A DNA stretch of 64,000 nt from Dehalococcoidia bacterium (GTDB taxonomy: Bacteria; Chloroflexota; Dehalococcoidia; Bin125), in contig OY820591.1 of the NCBI GenBank assembly GCA_963555985.3, forward strand, positions 1,504,001-1,568,000, read 5' to 3'. This document shows, in pieces, positions 9,565 to 18,839 of the stretch. Made by a program: the position numbers and the translations under genes. Numbering within the stretch: position 1 is the stretch's first letter; the number at the start of each line of letters is the position of its first letter. The notes beneath the pieces were generated by a model. That model ran no database searches, was not told the origin of the DNA, and was given only the letters and a program-made list of their open reading frames with translations.

Positions 9565-9999
9565 ATGGCGAGTGACGAGGGATTCAACCTAGACGACACG
9601 GTGCGAGCGCTCCGCGAGGCTGACGTCGTCGTAATCGGCTTCGGCTGGTTGTCGGAGCGCCTGCTCGTCGATGGCCGCCGAAACGAGTCCGACGGCCCCT
9701 ACATCCGCGTCGTCGAGCCGGTGCGATCGCCCCAGGACCGACTCAGACAGTTGAGCAAGCTGCGACCCAGCTTCGGCGACCCGGAGTCGTTCGTTTTCTT
9801 CCCCTGGGCTGGTCGAGTCGATGCATTCGTTGGCGCGGGACTGTTCGACCGCATCCTCGAACGATGCGCCGGAGACCCTACCGCAGAGGACGATGCAAGG
9901 GCCGCATTGCGGCGCTTGTACGAGCTCGATCGCGAGGACATCCGCCAGGCGATCTCCGGCGGCGAGAAATACCACACGCTCTACGAGCGTGTTCCCTGA
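9565..9999 (+). CDS. Hypothetical protein
   Basis: Coding-like frame divergent from the diiron gene; no motif recognised. Confidence 0.7.
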   Translation: MASDEGFNLDDTVRALREADVVVIGFGWLSERLLVDGRRNESDGPYIRVVEPVRSPQDRLRQLSKLRPSFGDPESFVFFPWAGRVDAFVGAGLFDRILERCAGDPTAEDDARAALRRLYELDREDIRQAISGGEKYHTLYERVP

Positions 10000-10218
10000 C
10001 GCTTCGTCAGCCCGCCGACCGAATATTCGTTGCCAAGCGATCTCGCTTGCCCTATCTGGTAGACGAAATGCAGCCGGCTGACGAGTTTCCGTCAAGCCGC
10101 GTGCAAACGCTCTGTGTAGTGCGATACGCGGATAGAATTTCGTCATGGCGTACGACCGTGTGCGTGCCGCGGCTGTTGCAGTGCAGAAGCCGAACGATTG
10201 CGACGAAAGACGGAGCCT

Positions 10219-10434
10219 ATGGCGGAGAGCAAGACGCGGGGACGCAGGCGCGCCACAGGAACGAGAGCACAGCCCCCGGCAGAGCCGGAAGGCTGTGCGC
10301 ACAACTGGCAGATCGAACGTCCCGATCAGCAGGTGTCGCGGGGCGTGTGCAGCAAGTGCGGCGCCGAGAAAGACTTCCTCAACTACGGGGAAGAACTGCG
10401 TATGCCCTTCGGACGGCGGCGGCGCAGAGGCTAA
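10219..10434 (+). CDS. Small putative zinc-finger protein
   Basis: CAHNWQIE...GVCSKCG; GGAG RBS before ATG 10219; basic termini. Confidence 0.75.
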   Translation: MAESKTRGRRRATGTRAQPPAEPEGCAHNWQIERPDQQVSRGVCSKCGAEKDFLNYGEELRMPFGRRRRRG

Positions 10435-10461
10435 GCCTCGGCGAGACTGTCCCTCCTCGAG

Positions 10462-11367
10462 CTACCGAGGCGGCGCGGTGACTTCGACCGACACCGCGAT
10501 GATCCGCTCAACCCCATACACCGCAACCTGATCGAAAGCGGCGGGACTCAACTGTAGATCCGTGTTTGAGTCCTGTGAGCCGCGCACCACCACGAGCACC
10601 TCCGTACCCACCACCTCAGCCTGCTCTTCGTCACTCAGCAGAGTCGCGCCCGGGAGCCGCGTGAGCCGCAAGGTCGTGCCCACCGGCCACAGTTTGGTGA
10701 AGACAGTTGCCGGTTCTGCCGGGTCATAGCCGGAGCCGTCCGCCAGGTTGCGCGGAATCCCTTCTGGCACGGGTTCAGCTGTGATCCGTTCGGCCGTGAG
10801 CGGAGCTCCGTCAATCTGCCCCGGCGTCACCGGATCAGCCGAAACGCTGGGCTCCAGCCGAGCCGGGTGGATAATGTCGCCGTCACCCGCCGCCGAATCG
10901 TCGGCGGCGCTCTGCTGCCCCGCCTCCGCCGCCGAAGCTGGTGCCGACGCGCTCTCCTCTGCCGGTTGCCCGCTCTCGCTTACAGTCGGCTCAGCACTCT
11001 CTGTCGCGTTCCGACTGTCGCTACTCGATGACGAATCGGCCGCCTGTGACGGAGCTGCCGACGATTGATCCGCTTGAGCCTGAGCTGCTGCCGTCTGCGC
11101 AGCCGCCGTCGGAGCAGCCTCGGCGGTACCGTCGTCATTGAGCAGTTCGGTGACGCCGAAATAGACGCCGACGCCAATCCCGCCCATCACTGCGAGCGGC
11201 AGCACGATCCGGAACAACCACGCGAACCGCCGCCGCAGCGGAGGACGCTCGTTGGGCAGCCTGAGCCGTCGATTCGGGTGGTAGGGAAAGTCGTCGGTAC
11301 CTCGCACCCGAATCTGCGGACTGGAGAAATCTCTCGCACCGCGAGAGTGCAATGGCTGGCGGCTCAT
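10462..11367 (-). CDS. Single-pass membrane protein with low-complexity linker and divergent RlpA-like C-terminal domain
   Basis: One TM helix, Ser/Ala/Glu linker; PVGTTLRLT...DLQLSPAAFDQV resembles the RlpA double-psi beta-barrel. Confidence 0.6.
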   Translation of the reverse strand: MSRQPLHSRGARDFSSPQIRVRGTDDFPYHPNRRLRLPNERPPLRRRFAWLFRIVLPLAVMGGIGVGVYFGVTELLNDDGTAEAAPTAAAQTAAAQAQADQSSAAPSQAADSSSSSDSRNATESAEPTVSESGQPAEESASAPASAAEAGQQSAADDSAAGDGDIIHPARLEPSVSADPVTPGQIDGAPLTAERITAEPVPEGIPRNLADGSGYDPAEPATVFTKLWPVGTTLRLTRLPGATLLSDEEQAEVVGTEVLVVVRGSQDSNTDLQLSPAAFDQVAVYGVERIIAVSVEVTAPPR

Positions 11368-11428
11368 AGTTGCAGCCTATGGCATATCCGGAGCATCCGG
11401 CGTCGTCTCAGACCGTTAAGATCAAGCG

Positions 11429-11791
11429 ATGGAGACAAAGCTGATCCGCTGCCCCAACTGCGCCAGCCGGCTCGAAGTCGGAGTACCGCCCGAAACCGGC
11501 CGCACGCGCCGCGTCGTCACCCTCTGTCGTGCTTGCAATCACGATCTGGTCGTCTCACGCGGGCGCAAGCCTGACGAACCCCCCCGCATCCGCGCCTGCA
11601 AGCGTTGGGCCGTCACCTGCCCCTACTGCAAAGAACCCACAATCGCCCGCGTTCCACCCGCAGGCGTGCTGCGCCGCAAAGAAACCGCCCCCTGCCGGCA
11701 TTGCCGAAAACCGCTGATCGTAGAGCGCCGCGAAGAAGGCAAGCTCGTGCTCCGGGCGCACCGAGGCATCCTCGAAGGCGCGCTGCTCTAG
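11429..11791 (+). CDS. Tandem zinc-ribbon protein
   Basis: CPNC/CRAC and CPYC/CRHC pairs; very basic. Confidence 0.75.
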   Translation: METKLIRCPNCASRLEVGVPPETGRTRRVVTLCRACNHDLVVSRGRKPDEPPRIRACKRWAVTCPYCKEPTIARVPPAGVLRRKETAPCRHCRKPLIVERREEGKLVLRAHRGILEGALL

Positions 11792-12006
11792 CAGAGGTGT
11801 TGCGCGTCCCTCGCACCTAGAGCCTGTTCACACAACCACGAGCGCGGTCGGCCCGCACGCGCGCTGGTCTCGAGGCTGAGCCTCGGCGCTCCCTGCCCCG
11901 CCCTCCTCCACCGAGGCGAAACCGGATATACTCAGAACATATACACGCACGAATCCAATCGGAGACCGCTGTGCCCCGTGAACGCCTCGCGCCAAACCTG
12001 AACAGT

Positions 12007-12097
12007 GCTGGACAAGCCCGGATTCGCCTGGAAAAAATCCGCCCGAATCGAGATCAATCCAGACAGATCTGGACAAATCTGGACAAATCCAGACCCA
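12007..12097 (+). repeat. Degenerate 10-bp-period tandem repeat (consensus TCTGGACAAA)
   Basis: About 9 units including tccagacaga tctggacaaa tctggacaaa tccagaccca. Confidence 0.75.
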
Positions 12098-12441
12098 CGA
12101 ACGCACGATCCTCAGCGCTCGCCAGAAGATCCGGTCAATCCCTCCGAAATTCTCCCGAGCCTGCGGATTCCAACCGCCCGAGTCCCTACCGTGCCCAAAG
12201 TCGCATCGCGGCCTTGCCGGCCCCAACTGCCGGAAAACCGAACAAATCTGGGCGGGTACAGCCCGCTGATGTAATCGCTGCTACGCAGCGCCGCCCCGTT
12301 GACGACCGAAGCGCTGCTCTCTAGTGACCGACGCGGGCGGCGACACTACGATCTGAAAAATGCGTGTGGCAGAGTAGGTCGTAGAGCACGCGAAGTACTC
12401 ACCCATCTTCCACTGCGAGCAGAGAGCGAGACTCGGAGACC

Positions 12442-13599
12442 ATGAGCGATTACGACCAGCGCGCGATCGAGATGCATCGAGAGTGGGGCGGCAAGGTCGA
12501 CTACGCATCGAAAGTGACCGTACGCGACCACGACGACCTCAGCGTCGTCTACACGCCCGGCGTCGCCGCCCCCTGCATGGAAATCCACCGAGACCCTTCG
12601 CTTGCCCGAGTGATGACCGGAGTCGGCAACCTGGTCGCTGTGATCACAGACGGTTCCGCCGTCCTCGGTCTCGGCGACATTGGCCCGCAAGCGGCCCTAC
12701 CGGTGATGGAGGGCAAATGCGTGCTCTTCCGCGAGTTCGCCGGTGTTGACGCCATCCCGATCGCCCTGGCCGTCCGCGAAGTCGACGACATCGTGGCCGC
12801 GATCGAGGCGATCGCGCCCTCCCTGGGCGGCATCAACCTCGAAGACATCTCCGCCCCCCGCTGCTTCGAGATCGAGCGCCGACTCCACGAGTCGCTTTCG
12901 ATCCCCGTCATGCACGACGACCAGCACGGGACTGCCGTGGTCGCGTTGGCCGGCGTGATCAACGCGCTCCGCCTCACCAACCGCGATTTCAAGGACATCC
13001 GCACCGTCGTGCTTGGCGCTGGCGCCAGCGGCATCGCCTGTTCCGCAATCCTGCGCGAGATGGGCTGCGAAGACATCTCCCTGATCGACTCCAAAGGCCT
13101 CCTCACGGTCGACCGCGAAGACCTCAACCCCTGGAAGCGCGAAGCCGCCGAGTGGTTCCCCCACAACAACAACCCCGACGGCGGCATTCCCCAGACCTCA
13201 CAGGTGATGCGCGGAGCCGACCTCTTCCTCGGTCTCGCCGGACCTGGCTTGGTCACCGTCGCCGACGTCGCCTCGATGAACGAAAACGCGATGGTCTTCG
13301 CCATGGCCAACCCCACGCCGGAGATCATGCCCGACGAGGCGGCTGAAGCCGGCGCCGCGATCGTGGCCACCGGGCGCTCCGACTTCGCCAATCAGATCAA
13401 CAACGCGCTTGGCTTCCCGGGCATGTTCCGCGGCCTGCTCGACGGCGGCATCCCCAAGATCGAAGACGAGCACAAGATCGCAGCCGCCCAAGCGATTGCC
13501 GACTTCGTCGAAGAACCGACCCCCGACCGGATCGTGCCGAGCATCTTTGAGGAAGGCCTCGCCTACAAGGTCGCCGAAGCGGTCCAAGCAGCCGGTTAG
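12442..13599 (+). CDS. NAD(P)-dependent malic enzyme (short form)
   Basis: VYTPGVA, TDGSAVLGLGDIG, MEGK, NLEDISAPRCF, HDDQHGTA, FAMANPTPE, ATGRSD. Confidence 0.95.
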   Translation: MSDYDQRAIEMHREWGGKVDYASKVTVRDHDDLSVVYTPGVAAPCMEIHRDPSLARVMTGVGNLVAVITDGSAVLGLGDIGPQAALPVMEGKCVLFREFAGVDAIPIALAVREVDDIVAAIEAIAPSLGGINLEDISAPRCFEIERRLHESLSIPVMHDDQHGTAVVALAGVINALRLTNRDFKDIRTVVLGAGASGIACSAILREMGCEDISLIDSKGLLTVDREDLNPWKREAAEWFPHNNNPDGGIPQTSQVMRGADLFLGLAGPGLVTVADVASMNENAMVFAMANPTPEIMPDEAAEAGAAIVATGRSDFANQINNALGFPGMFRGLLDGGIPKIEDEHKIAAAQAIADFVEEPTPDRIVPSIFEEGLAYKVAEAVQAAG

Positions 13600-14570
13600 C
13601 ACTCACTCGCGCTGCCGCCGTACACGTCCAGCGCCTGCGCCAAGGCCGCCCGCGCCCCGAACAACGGCGCGTAGCCGACAGTCACCCGCACCCGGCTGTC
13701 GTCGATCAGGTGCGGACGGCTCGTGAAGCTCACGTAGGAATCAACTCCCGCCGGCGCCGGCAGCGCCCAGTCCGCCAGTCCAACCACGTCCAGCGTCTGA
13801 GCCAACACAGCCGGGGCGCGCCAAAACCGCGGCTCAACGCCCCTGAGCCGGCACGCCTCCACCACCAGTTCGCGCCAGGTCGTATGCGTCGAGGCCACAT
13901 GAAAGACGTTCCCGATCGCTTCCTCACCTTGGTTCAGCAGCGCCCAGACCGCACGCCCCAAGTCGGCCGCAGCCAGAATCGAGATCGGCGCATCGCCGCC
14001 CCGAACCAGCCCGCCGCGCGGGTGGGCGATAAAGTGGCGCAGCACCGTGACCAGCCTGCCACCGCCCCGGCTCAGCACCGGTGCAGGTCGCACGATCGTC
14101 AGCGGTGTCTGCCTCCGATAGGTCCGCGCCGCTCGCTCCGCTTCGACCCGACTCTGCAACGCAGCCCCAATCGGCTGCGGCGTCCAGCTCTCACTCACGG
14201 GCCAGGGCGGCATTCGAGCGCCGTACGCCTCGGTCGTGGAGATGAACAGGAACTGCTCCAGATCACGATGTCTGCACGCATCGAGCAGCGCGGTCGTCGC
14301 GTGCAGGTTGACAGCCGCGTACTCGGAGGGAGCATGACCAATCTCACTCAGCGCGCGGGCGTGCACGACATGGGTTGCATCGGCCAGCGCCTCAGCCAGC
14401 GCCCCTGGTGTATCCCCGTTGAACGTCACGCGGCGTGCGTGCGCTGCCTCCGCCGGCAGCGGCTCGGATTCATCATCCAGGAGCAGCGTCAGCTCCACCT
14501 CCTGCCGCACGAGCTCGCGAAGAATGTCGCGTCCCGGCGTTTGCGCCGCCCCGGTCAGTACGATCCGCAT
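13596..14570 (-). CDS. NAD-dependent epimerase/dehydratase-fold protein (divergent)
   Basis: MRIVLTGA N-terminus, FLFISTTEAYG, IVRPAPV; YxxxK not evident. Confidence 0.75.
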   Translation of the reverse strand: MRIVLTGAAQTPGRDILRELVRQEVELTLLLDDESEPLPAEAAHARRVTFNGDTPGALAEALADATHVVHARALSEIGHAPSEYAAVNLHATTALLDACRHRDLEQFLFISTTEAYGARMPPWPVSESWTPQPIGAALQSRVEAERAARTYRRQTPLTIVRPAPVLSRGGGRLVTVLRHFIAHPRGGLVRGGDAPISILAAADLGRAVWALLNQGEEAIGNVFHVASTHTTWRELVVEACRLRGVEPRFWRAPAVLAQTLDVVGLADWALPAPAGVDSYVSFTSRPHLIDDSRVRVTVGYAPLFGARAALAQALDVYGGSASEC

Positions 14571-14653
14571 GAGTGGATCGTATCGTCGCGCCGCGCCCGG
14601 CCAGTCCGGCTGATGTGCGTCGAAACGCCGATCAAAACCGGAGAGGAACCCCA

Positions 14654-15442
14654 ATGCCAACGCTCTCGCGCCCTCAATGCGAGCTCTACTACGAGGTCAG
14701 CGGCGACGGTCCAGCCCTCGTCTTCGCTCACGGCGCGGGCGGCAACCACCTCTCCTGGTGGCAGCAGGTTCCGGTCTTCAATACGGCCTATCGTTGCATC
14801 GTCTTCGATCACCGAGGCTGGGGACGCAGCGTCGAATCGCCGGGCGGCCCCGGCCCAGCCGCATTCGTCGACGATTTGCTCGCCTTGCTCGATGCGCTGG
14901 AGATTGAGCAAACGGCGCTGGTTGCCCAGTCGATGGGTGGGCGCACCTGTCTGGGCCTCAGCCTGCGCGCTCCCGAGCGAGTCTCCGCGCTCATCATGGC
15001 GGACACCACCGGAGGTTTCCTCACCGATGCAATGCGCCCGCCGTTCGAGCAGGCCCGCGCCCGACTGCGAGAAGAAGGACTAGCCAGCCTCGCCTATCAC
15101 CCAAACTTGCGCGAACGCGATCCGGCCCTCGCCTTCCTCTACGACGAGATCATGGCCCTCAACCCTCCGCGAGACCCAAGCGCGCTGAACGCCCTCAACC
15201 GCGCCGCTCCGGACCCCGATCAGGTCGCCGCACTCGAGCCTCCAGTGCTCTGGATCGTCGGCGGCGACGACGCAATTCTGCCCCCGGCCGTCGTGCGCGG
15301 GGCGCACGCGCACGTCTCAGGCTCGGAGTACTTCGAATTACCCGGCACGGGCCATTCGGTCTACTTCGAACGAGCAGCAGAATTCAATGCTCGCGTTGGC
15401 AAATTCCTCGCCGATGCCGCTTGGGGAACGGGAATCATCTAG
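14654..15442 (+). CDS. Alpha/beta hydrolase
   Basis: FAHGAGG, AQSMGG nucleophile elbow, GHSVYFE. Confidence 0.9.
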   Translation: MPTLSRPQCELYYEVSGDGPALVFAHGAGGNHLSWWQQVPVFNTAYRCIVFDHRGWGRSVESPGGPGPAAFVDDLLALLDALEIEQTALVAQSMGGRTCLGLSLRAPERVSALIMADTTGGFLTDAMRPPFEQARARLREEGLASLAYHPNLRERDPALAFLYDEIMALNPPRDPSALNALNRAAPDPDQVAALEPPVLWIVGGDDAILPPAVVRGAHAHVSGSEYFELPGTGHSVYFERAAEFNARVGKFLADAAWGTGII

Positions 15443-16800
15443 TCGATTGGCGACCAGACAAGAGCGACCGTGTCCTCCAGCGCGGACTCCTGATACGACA
15501 ACGACGTATCCCAGAGCATGAATCCTGCGCCTCCGGTCTCGGCGGCGGCGACGATCTGCGCGCGAACCCGCTCTGCGTCGTAGTAGAGACCCTGCGCGCC
15601 ATAGTCATGGAAATCCTGGAGCCACGGCCGCACCTGTACCACCCCATACGGCGCGCTGCGCTCCACGGTCGCCTTCATGCTCTCTCGGATCACGATCGCC
15701 GGGTACGCGGGTGGATAGTCGAGATCAAAGTTCCCAGTCGCCCAACCGCTGGGATAGAGCATCGGTGAAACGTAGTCGAGGTACGGGGCAATCCCAGACA
15801 GCGACTGTCCAATCCCTTCGTCAAACGAGCTGATGGATACCTGTCCAAAGGTGTCGAACGAGAGCGCCGCGCCGGCGAGATGAATCGCCTCACTCGCCTC
15901 TCGCGCGAACGCGTTGATGGCGGCGACACGTTCCGCCTCGGTCCCGCGGCCCCGAACGTCCTGATACGGGAATCGTACGTAGTCGTACTGAATCTCCTCG
16001 AAGTACTGCGCTGCGGCCACGCCGATCTCGACGTTGTACGTTCGTGCCGCCGCCGTGTGCGGATTCGACCAGCCGTTGCCGTAGCTGTCCAAGAACCGCG
16101 CCCCGCTGTGCGAATAGAGCGATGCCGTCGGCAGCCAGCTCGGGTATACGCTGTCGAGGAACGTCACCACGCGCCCGATGCGGTAGACGCCCTTGCGCTG
16201 GAGCGTCTCCAGAAACTCGGCGATGTTGGCGCTGTTCCAGGTCGCTCTCATCGCGCGCACGGTATCCGTAGCCGCGAAATCGAAGACGACGCCGTATTCG
16301 TTCTTCACATCGACCACGACCGAGTTGATCAAGCCGCGGTCGACCAAATCGATCACCCACCGCTGCACCCTCAGATCCAGCGCGGACTCAAACGGAATGT
16401 GAATGCCGCGGACGATCAGGTTGTGCAGGATCACGACCACGTTGTCGCGATAGACGGGACGTTCGATCACGCTGTAACCGGGACGTACGATCGAAACCCG
16501 TCCGGTCCGGCTGTGCGGCTCGAAGCTGAAGCGGCCGGACCGGTCGGTTCGTGTCAGAGCGAGGCCGGTTGACACATGTGCGTCGCTAACCGGCCGCAGC
16601 CGACCGTTGCGCCAGACGTAGATGCGCCCACTCAACGAGGTAGTGGCGTTGATCGATTCGCTCGCAGGTTCATCAGCCCGAGTGGTCGTCGGCCATGCAG
16701 CGGCGAGCGCCGTGGCGGCAACGACGCCAATGAGCAGCACCCCGAAAACGAATTGACGAGCGCGAGGCCGACTGAGCAGGAGCGCGTTCATTGGTCGCAA
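15439..16800 (-). CDS. Exported putative glycoside hydrolase (DUF4015-like) with N-terminal beta-sandwich
   Basis: Signal/TM segment; VVDVKNEYG, EIQYDYVRFP, SPMLYPS, RPWLQDF. Confidence 0.82.
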   Translation of the reverse strand: MRPMNALLLSRPRARQFVFGVLLIGVVAATALAAAWPTTTRADEPASESINATTSLSGRIYVWRNGRLRPVSDAHVSTGLALTRTDRSGRFSFEPHSRTGRVSIVRPGYSVIERPVYRDNVVVILHNLIVRGIHIPFESALDLRVQRWVIDLVDRGLINSVVVDVKNEYGVVFDFAATDTVRAMRATWNSANIAEFLETLQRKGVYRIGRVVTFLDSVYPSWLPTASLYSHSGARFLDSYGNGWSNPHTAAARTYNVEIGVAAAQYFEEIQYDYVRFPYQDVRGRGTEAERVAAINAFAREASEAIHLAGAALSFDTFGQVSISSFDEGIGQSLSGIAPYLDYVSPMLYPSGWATGNFDLDYPPAYPAIVIRESMKATVERSAPYGVVQVRPWLQDFHDYGAQGLYYDAERVRAQIVAAAETGGAGFMLWDTSLSYQESALEDTVALVWSPID

Positions 16801-16847
16801 CTCTCGTAACCGGCTACACCGGTTATGTCTAGCCTAATCGCCCTGGC

Positions 16848-17222
16848 CTATCTGGTCAGGTCTTGTCCCTCACTTTCGGCTACCTCCTTCAGGTTTTGCA
16901 ACCCCTGCCCCGCCGCCGCGACAATTGCGTTGCTTCCTTTACCAAACAGAAACAAATTGCTCAGGCTCCAGCGCAGACCGAAAGGCCGCAGCTCGTCGAT
17001 GATCGAACACCCTTCCTCGTGTGCGACTCGCTGCAATCTGTATGCATGGCGGACATGGAACATGAAGCCCATCCGGACGTCGATGACGAGCGAGCGAGGC
17101 CGCTCCTCCGCAACCAGCACAACACGCCCGTTGTCGATCCCGAGCTGAGCCTCCTCGCGCAACAGCCGCCAAACCGTCGTGATCGGCGCGCCGATCTCTA
17201 GCTGTTCGGTCGCATCGCTCAT
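16848..17222 (-). CDS. SRPBCC/START-like protein
   Basis: EIGAPITTVWRLL N-terminus and C-terminal LQNLKEVAE helix. Confidence 0.65.
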   Translation of the reverse strand: MSDATEQLEIGAPITTVWRLLREEAQLGIDNGRVVLVAEERPRSLVIDVRMGFMFHVRHAYRLQRVAHEEGCSIIDELRPFGLRWSLSNLFLFGKGSNAIVAAAGQGLQNLKEVAESEGQDLTR

Positions 17223-17812
17223 AGACGTTCGTTGCCTCGCTCTAGCCCGCCCAGCGCAGCCGCGAGCTTATCCATGTCGTCGTACCGCATGACCCCGCGC
17301 GGGAAATCGAGCCCCCGGTTGCGCGGCCAGTCCAGCAAGGCGACAGGAATGTCGTTGCGTGCGAGCAATGCGGCAGTCGCAGCATCGTCATCCGCGTGAA
17401 GCGCCACCGCTCGCTCAGCCAACGCTGCCTCTTTGTATCGGGCCGAGCCGAGCGGTCCGCCGTTCATGATCAGTTCGTCCAGGTACGGACTGAATCCATG
17501 CCGCTCTAACCAGGCCTGAGTTTGACCACGCCCTCGTTCATGACGACCAGTCAGAACGATGACGGAGTGAGCTCGCGCCGCTGCACGAACCGCGTCCAGC
17601 GCCCCGCGACGGGGGGGTCTGAGGAGGTATCGCACGCGGTACCAAGTCCATGTGAGCAAATGCCCGATCCAGTTGTCCGCCGCGAAGTCGTCGCTACTCG
17701 CGCGTTGGGCGCTCGTCTGCAACGAAACATCCCGATTGATCGCAGGATTCCAGCCAAACGGCGGATCCGCGAGCACGCCGTCAAGATCGAATGAGATGAT
17801 CGGCAGCGCCAT
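17219..17812 (-). CDS. HAD-family phosphatase
   Basis: FDLDGVL, LTGR, K, HADDD motifs; ATG at 17812. Confidence 0.8.
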   Translation of the reverse strand: MALPIISFDLDGVLADPPFGWNPAINRDVSLQTSAQRASSDDFAADNWIGHLLTWTWYRVRYLLRPPRRGALDAVRAAARAHSVIVLTGRHERGRGQTQAWLERHGFSPYLDELIMNGGPLGSARYKEAALAERAVALHADDDAATAALLARNDIPVALLDWPRNRGLDFPRGVMRYDDMDKLAAALGGLERGNERL

Positions 17813-17838
17813 CGCTAGTCCTGACAGAGCGACCCGTC

Positions 17839-18825
17839 TTAGGCCCAGCCGTGTTCGCGGTACCAACGCATCGTCGCCCCCATGCCTTCTTCCAGACTTG
17901 TCGTCGGTCGCCAACCCGTGTCGCTAGTCAACGAGGACGAATCGCACAACCACGCGCGTTGGCGCATTTCGATTACTCGCGCCCGGTCGAGCGTAGGCTC
18001 AATTCCGCGGAGCATCGCCCAAGCCTCGGAGACGCGGGCAAAAGCGTGAAACACGCTGGGAGGCAACGATGGAATCAGCAGACGCCGCCCGGTGACCCGC
18101 TCGAGCGTGTTTAGCAAGTCATTCCAGGTGTGCGGACCTCCGTCGCCGCTCGCGTGATAGCGGACAAACGATTGCCCAGGCGCGCTCAACACGGCAGCGA
18201 TTGCCTCAGCCAAGTCCGGGCCGTAGATCGCGTCAACCAGATTCTTGCCGTCTCCCAGCCGCGCCGAGATTCCCCAGCGCGCCAACCGGAAGAAGATCAC
18301 GAGACCCGTATCGGCCGGACCAAAGACCATCGGCGGCCGAATCACAGTGATCTGCAATCCGCGATCAATCTCCTCAAGCGCAGCCTCGCCCGCCGCTTTC
18401 GAGCGACCGTAGGGCGAAACCGGATGTAGAGGCGTCTCGGGCGGCTCTGGCGCATAGCTCGGGGCCGGACCTTGGGCGGCGATCGAGGAAATGTAGATAA
18501 ATCGACTCACCCCCGCACTGGCGGCGGCGTCGGCGAGATTCCGCGTTCCCTCGCCGTTTGCGCGCATGAAGGCATCCTGGCGGACAGCGCGCAGCACCGC
18601 CGCTGCGTGGACGACCGCCTCAACGCCCTCACAAGCCGCCCGAAGTGAGTCTTCATCAGTGAGATCACCAGCGGCGCACTCGTAGGGAACCGCCGGCGTG
18701 GCGTCGATAAAGCTCGTGTCGCTTGTTGGCCGCACGAGCAGACGCAGATCGTGCCCGTGTGCGTGTAATGCGCGCGCGACATGTCCGCCGACGAATCCGC
18801 TGCCGCCGGTCAGAAGTACGCGCAT
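17839..18825 (-). CDS. NAD-dependent epimerase/reductase (extended SDR)
   Basis: TGGSGFVG, ISSIAA, YGRSK. Confidence 0.9.
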   Translation of the reverse strand: MRVLLTGGSGFVGGHVARALHAHGHDLRLLVRPTSDTSFIDATPAVPYECAAGDLTDEDSLRAACEGVEAVVHAAAVLRAVRQDAFMRANGEGTRNLADAAASAGVSRFIYISSIAAQGPAPSYAPEPPETPLHPVSPYGRSKAAGEAALEEIDRGLQITVIRPPMVFGPADTGLVIFFRLARWGISARLGDGKNLVDAIYGPDLAEAIAAVLSAPGQSFVRYHASGDGGPHTWNDLLNTLERVTGRRLLIPSLPPSVFHAFARVSEAWAMLRGIEPTLDRARVIEMRQRAWLCDSSSLTSDTGWRPTTSLEEGMGATMRWYREHGWA

Positions 18826-18839
18826 CGCTCGGTTCCGCT

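Noticed and set aside
12007-12097. Short repeats as a possible CRISPR array
   Set aside because: 10-bp tandem units without unique spacers; no cas genes in the window.
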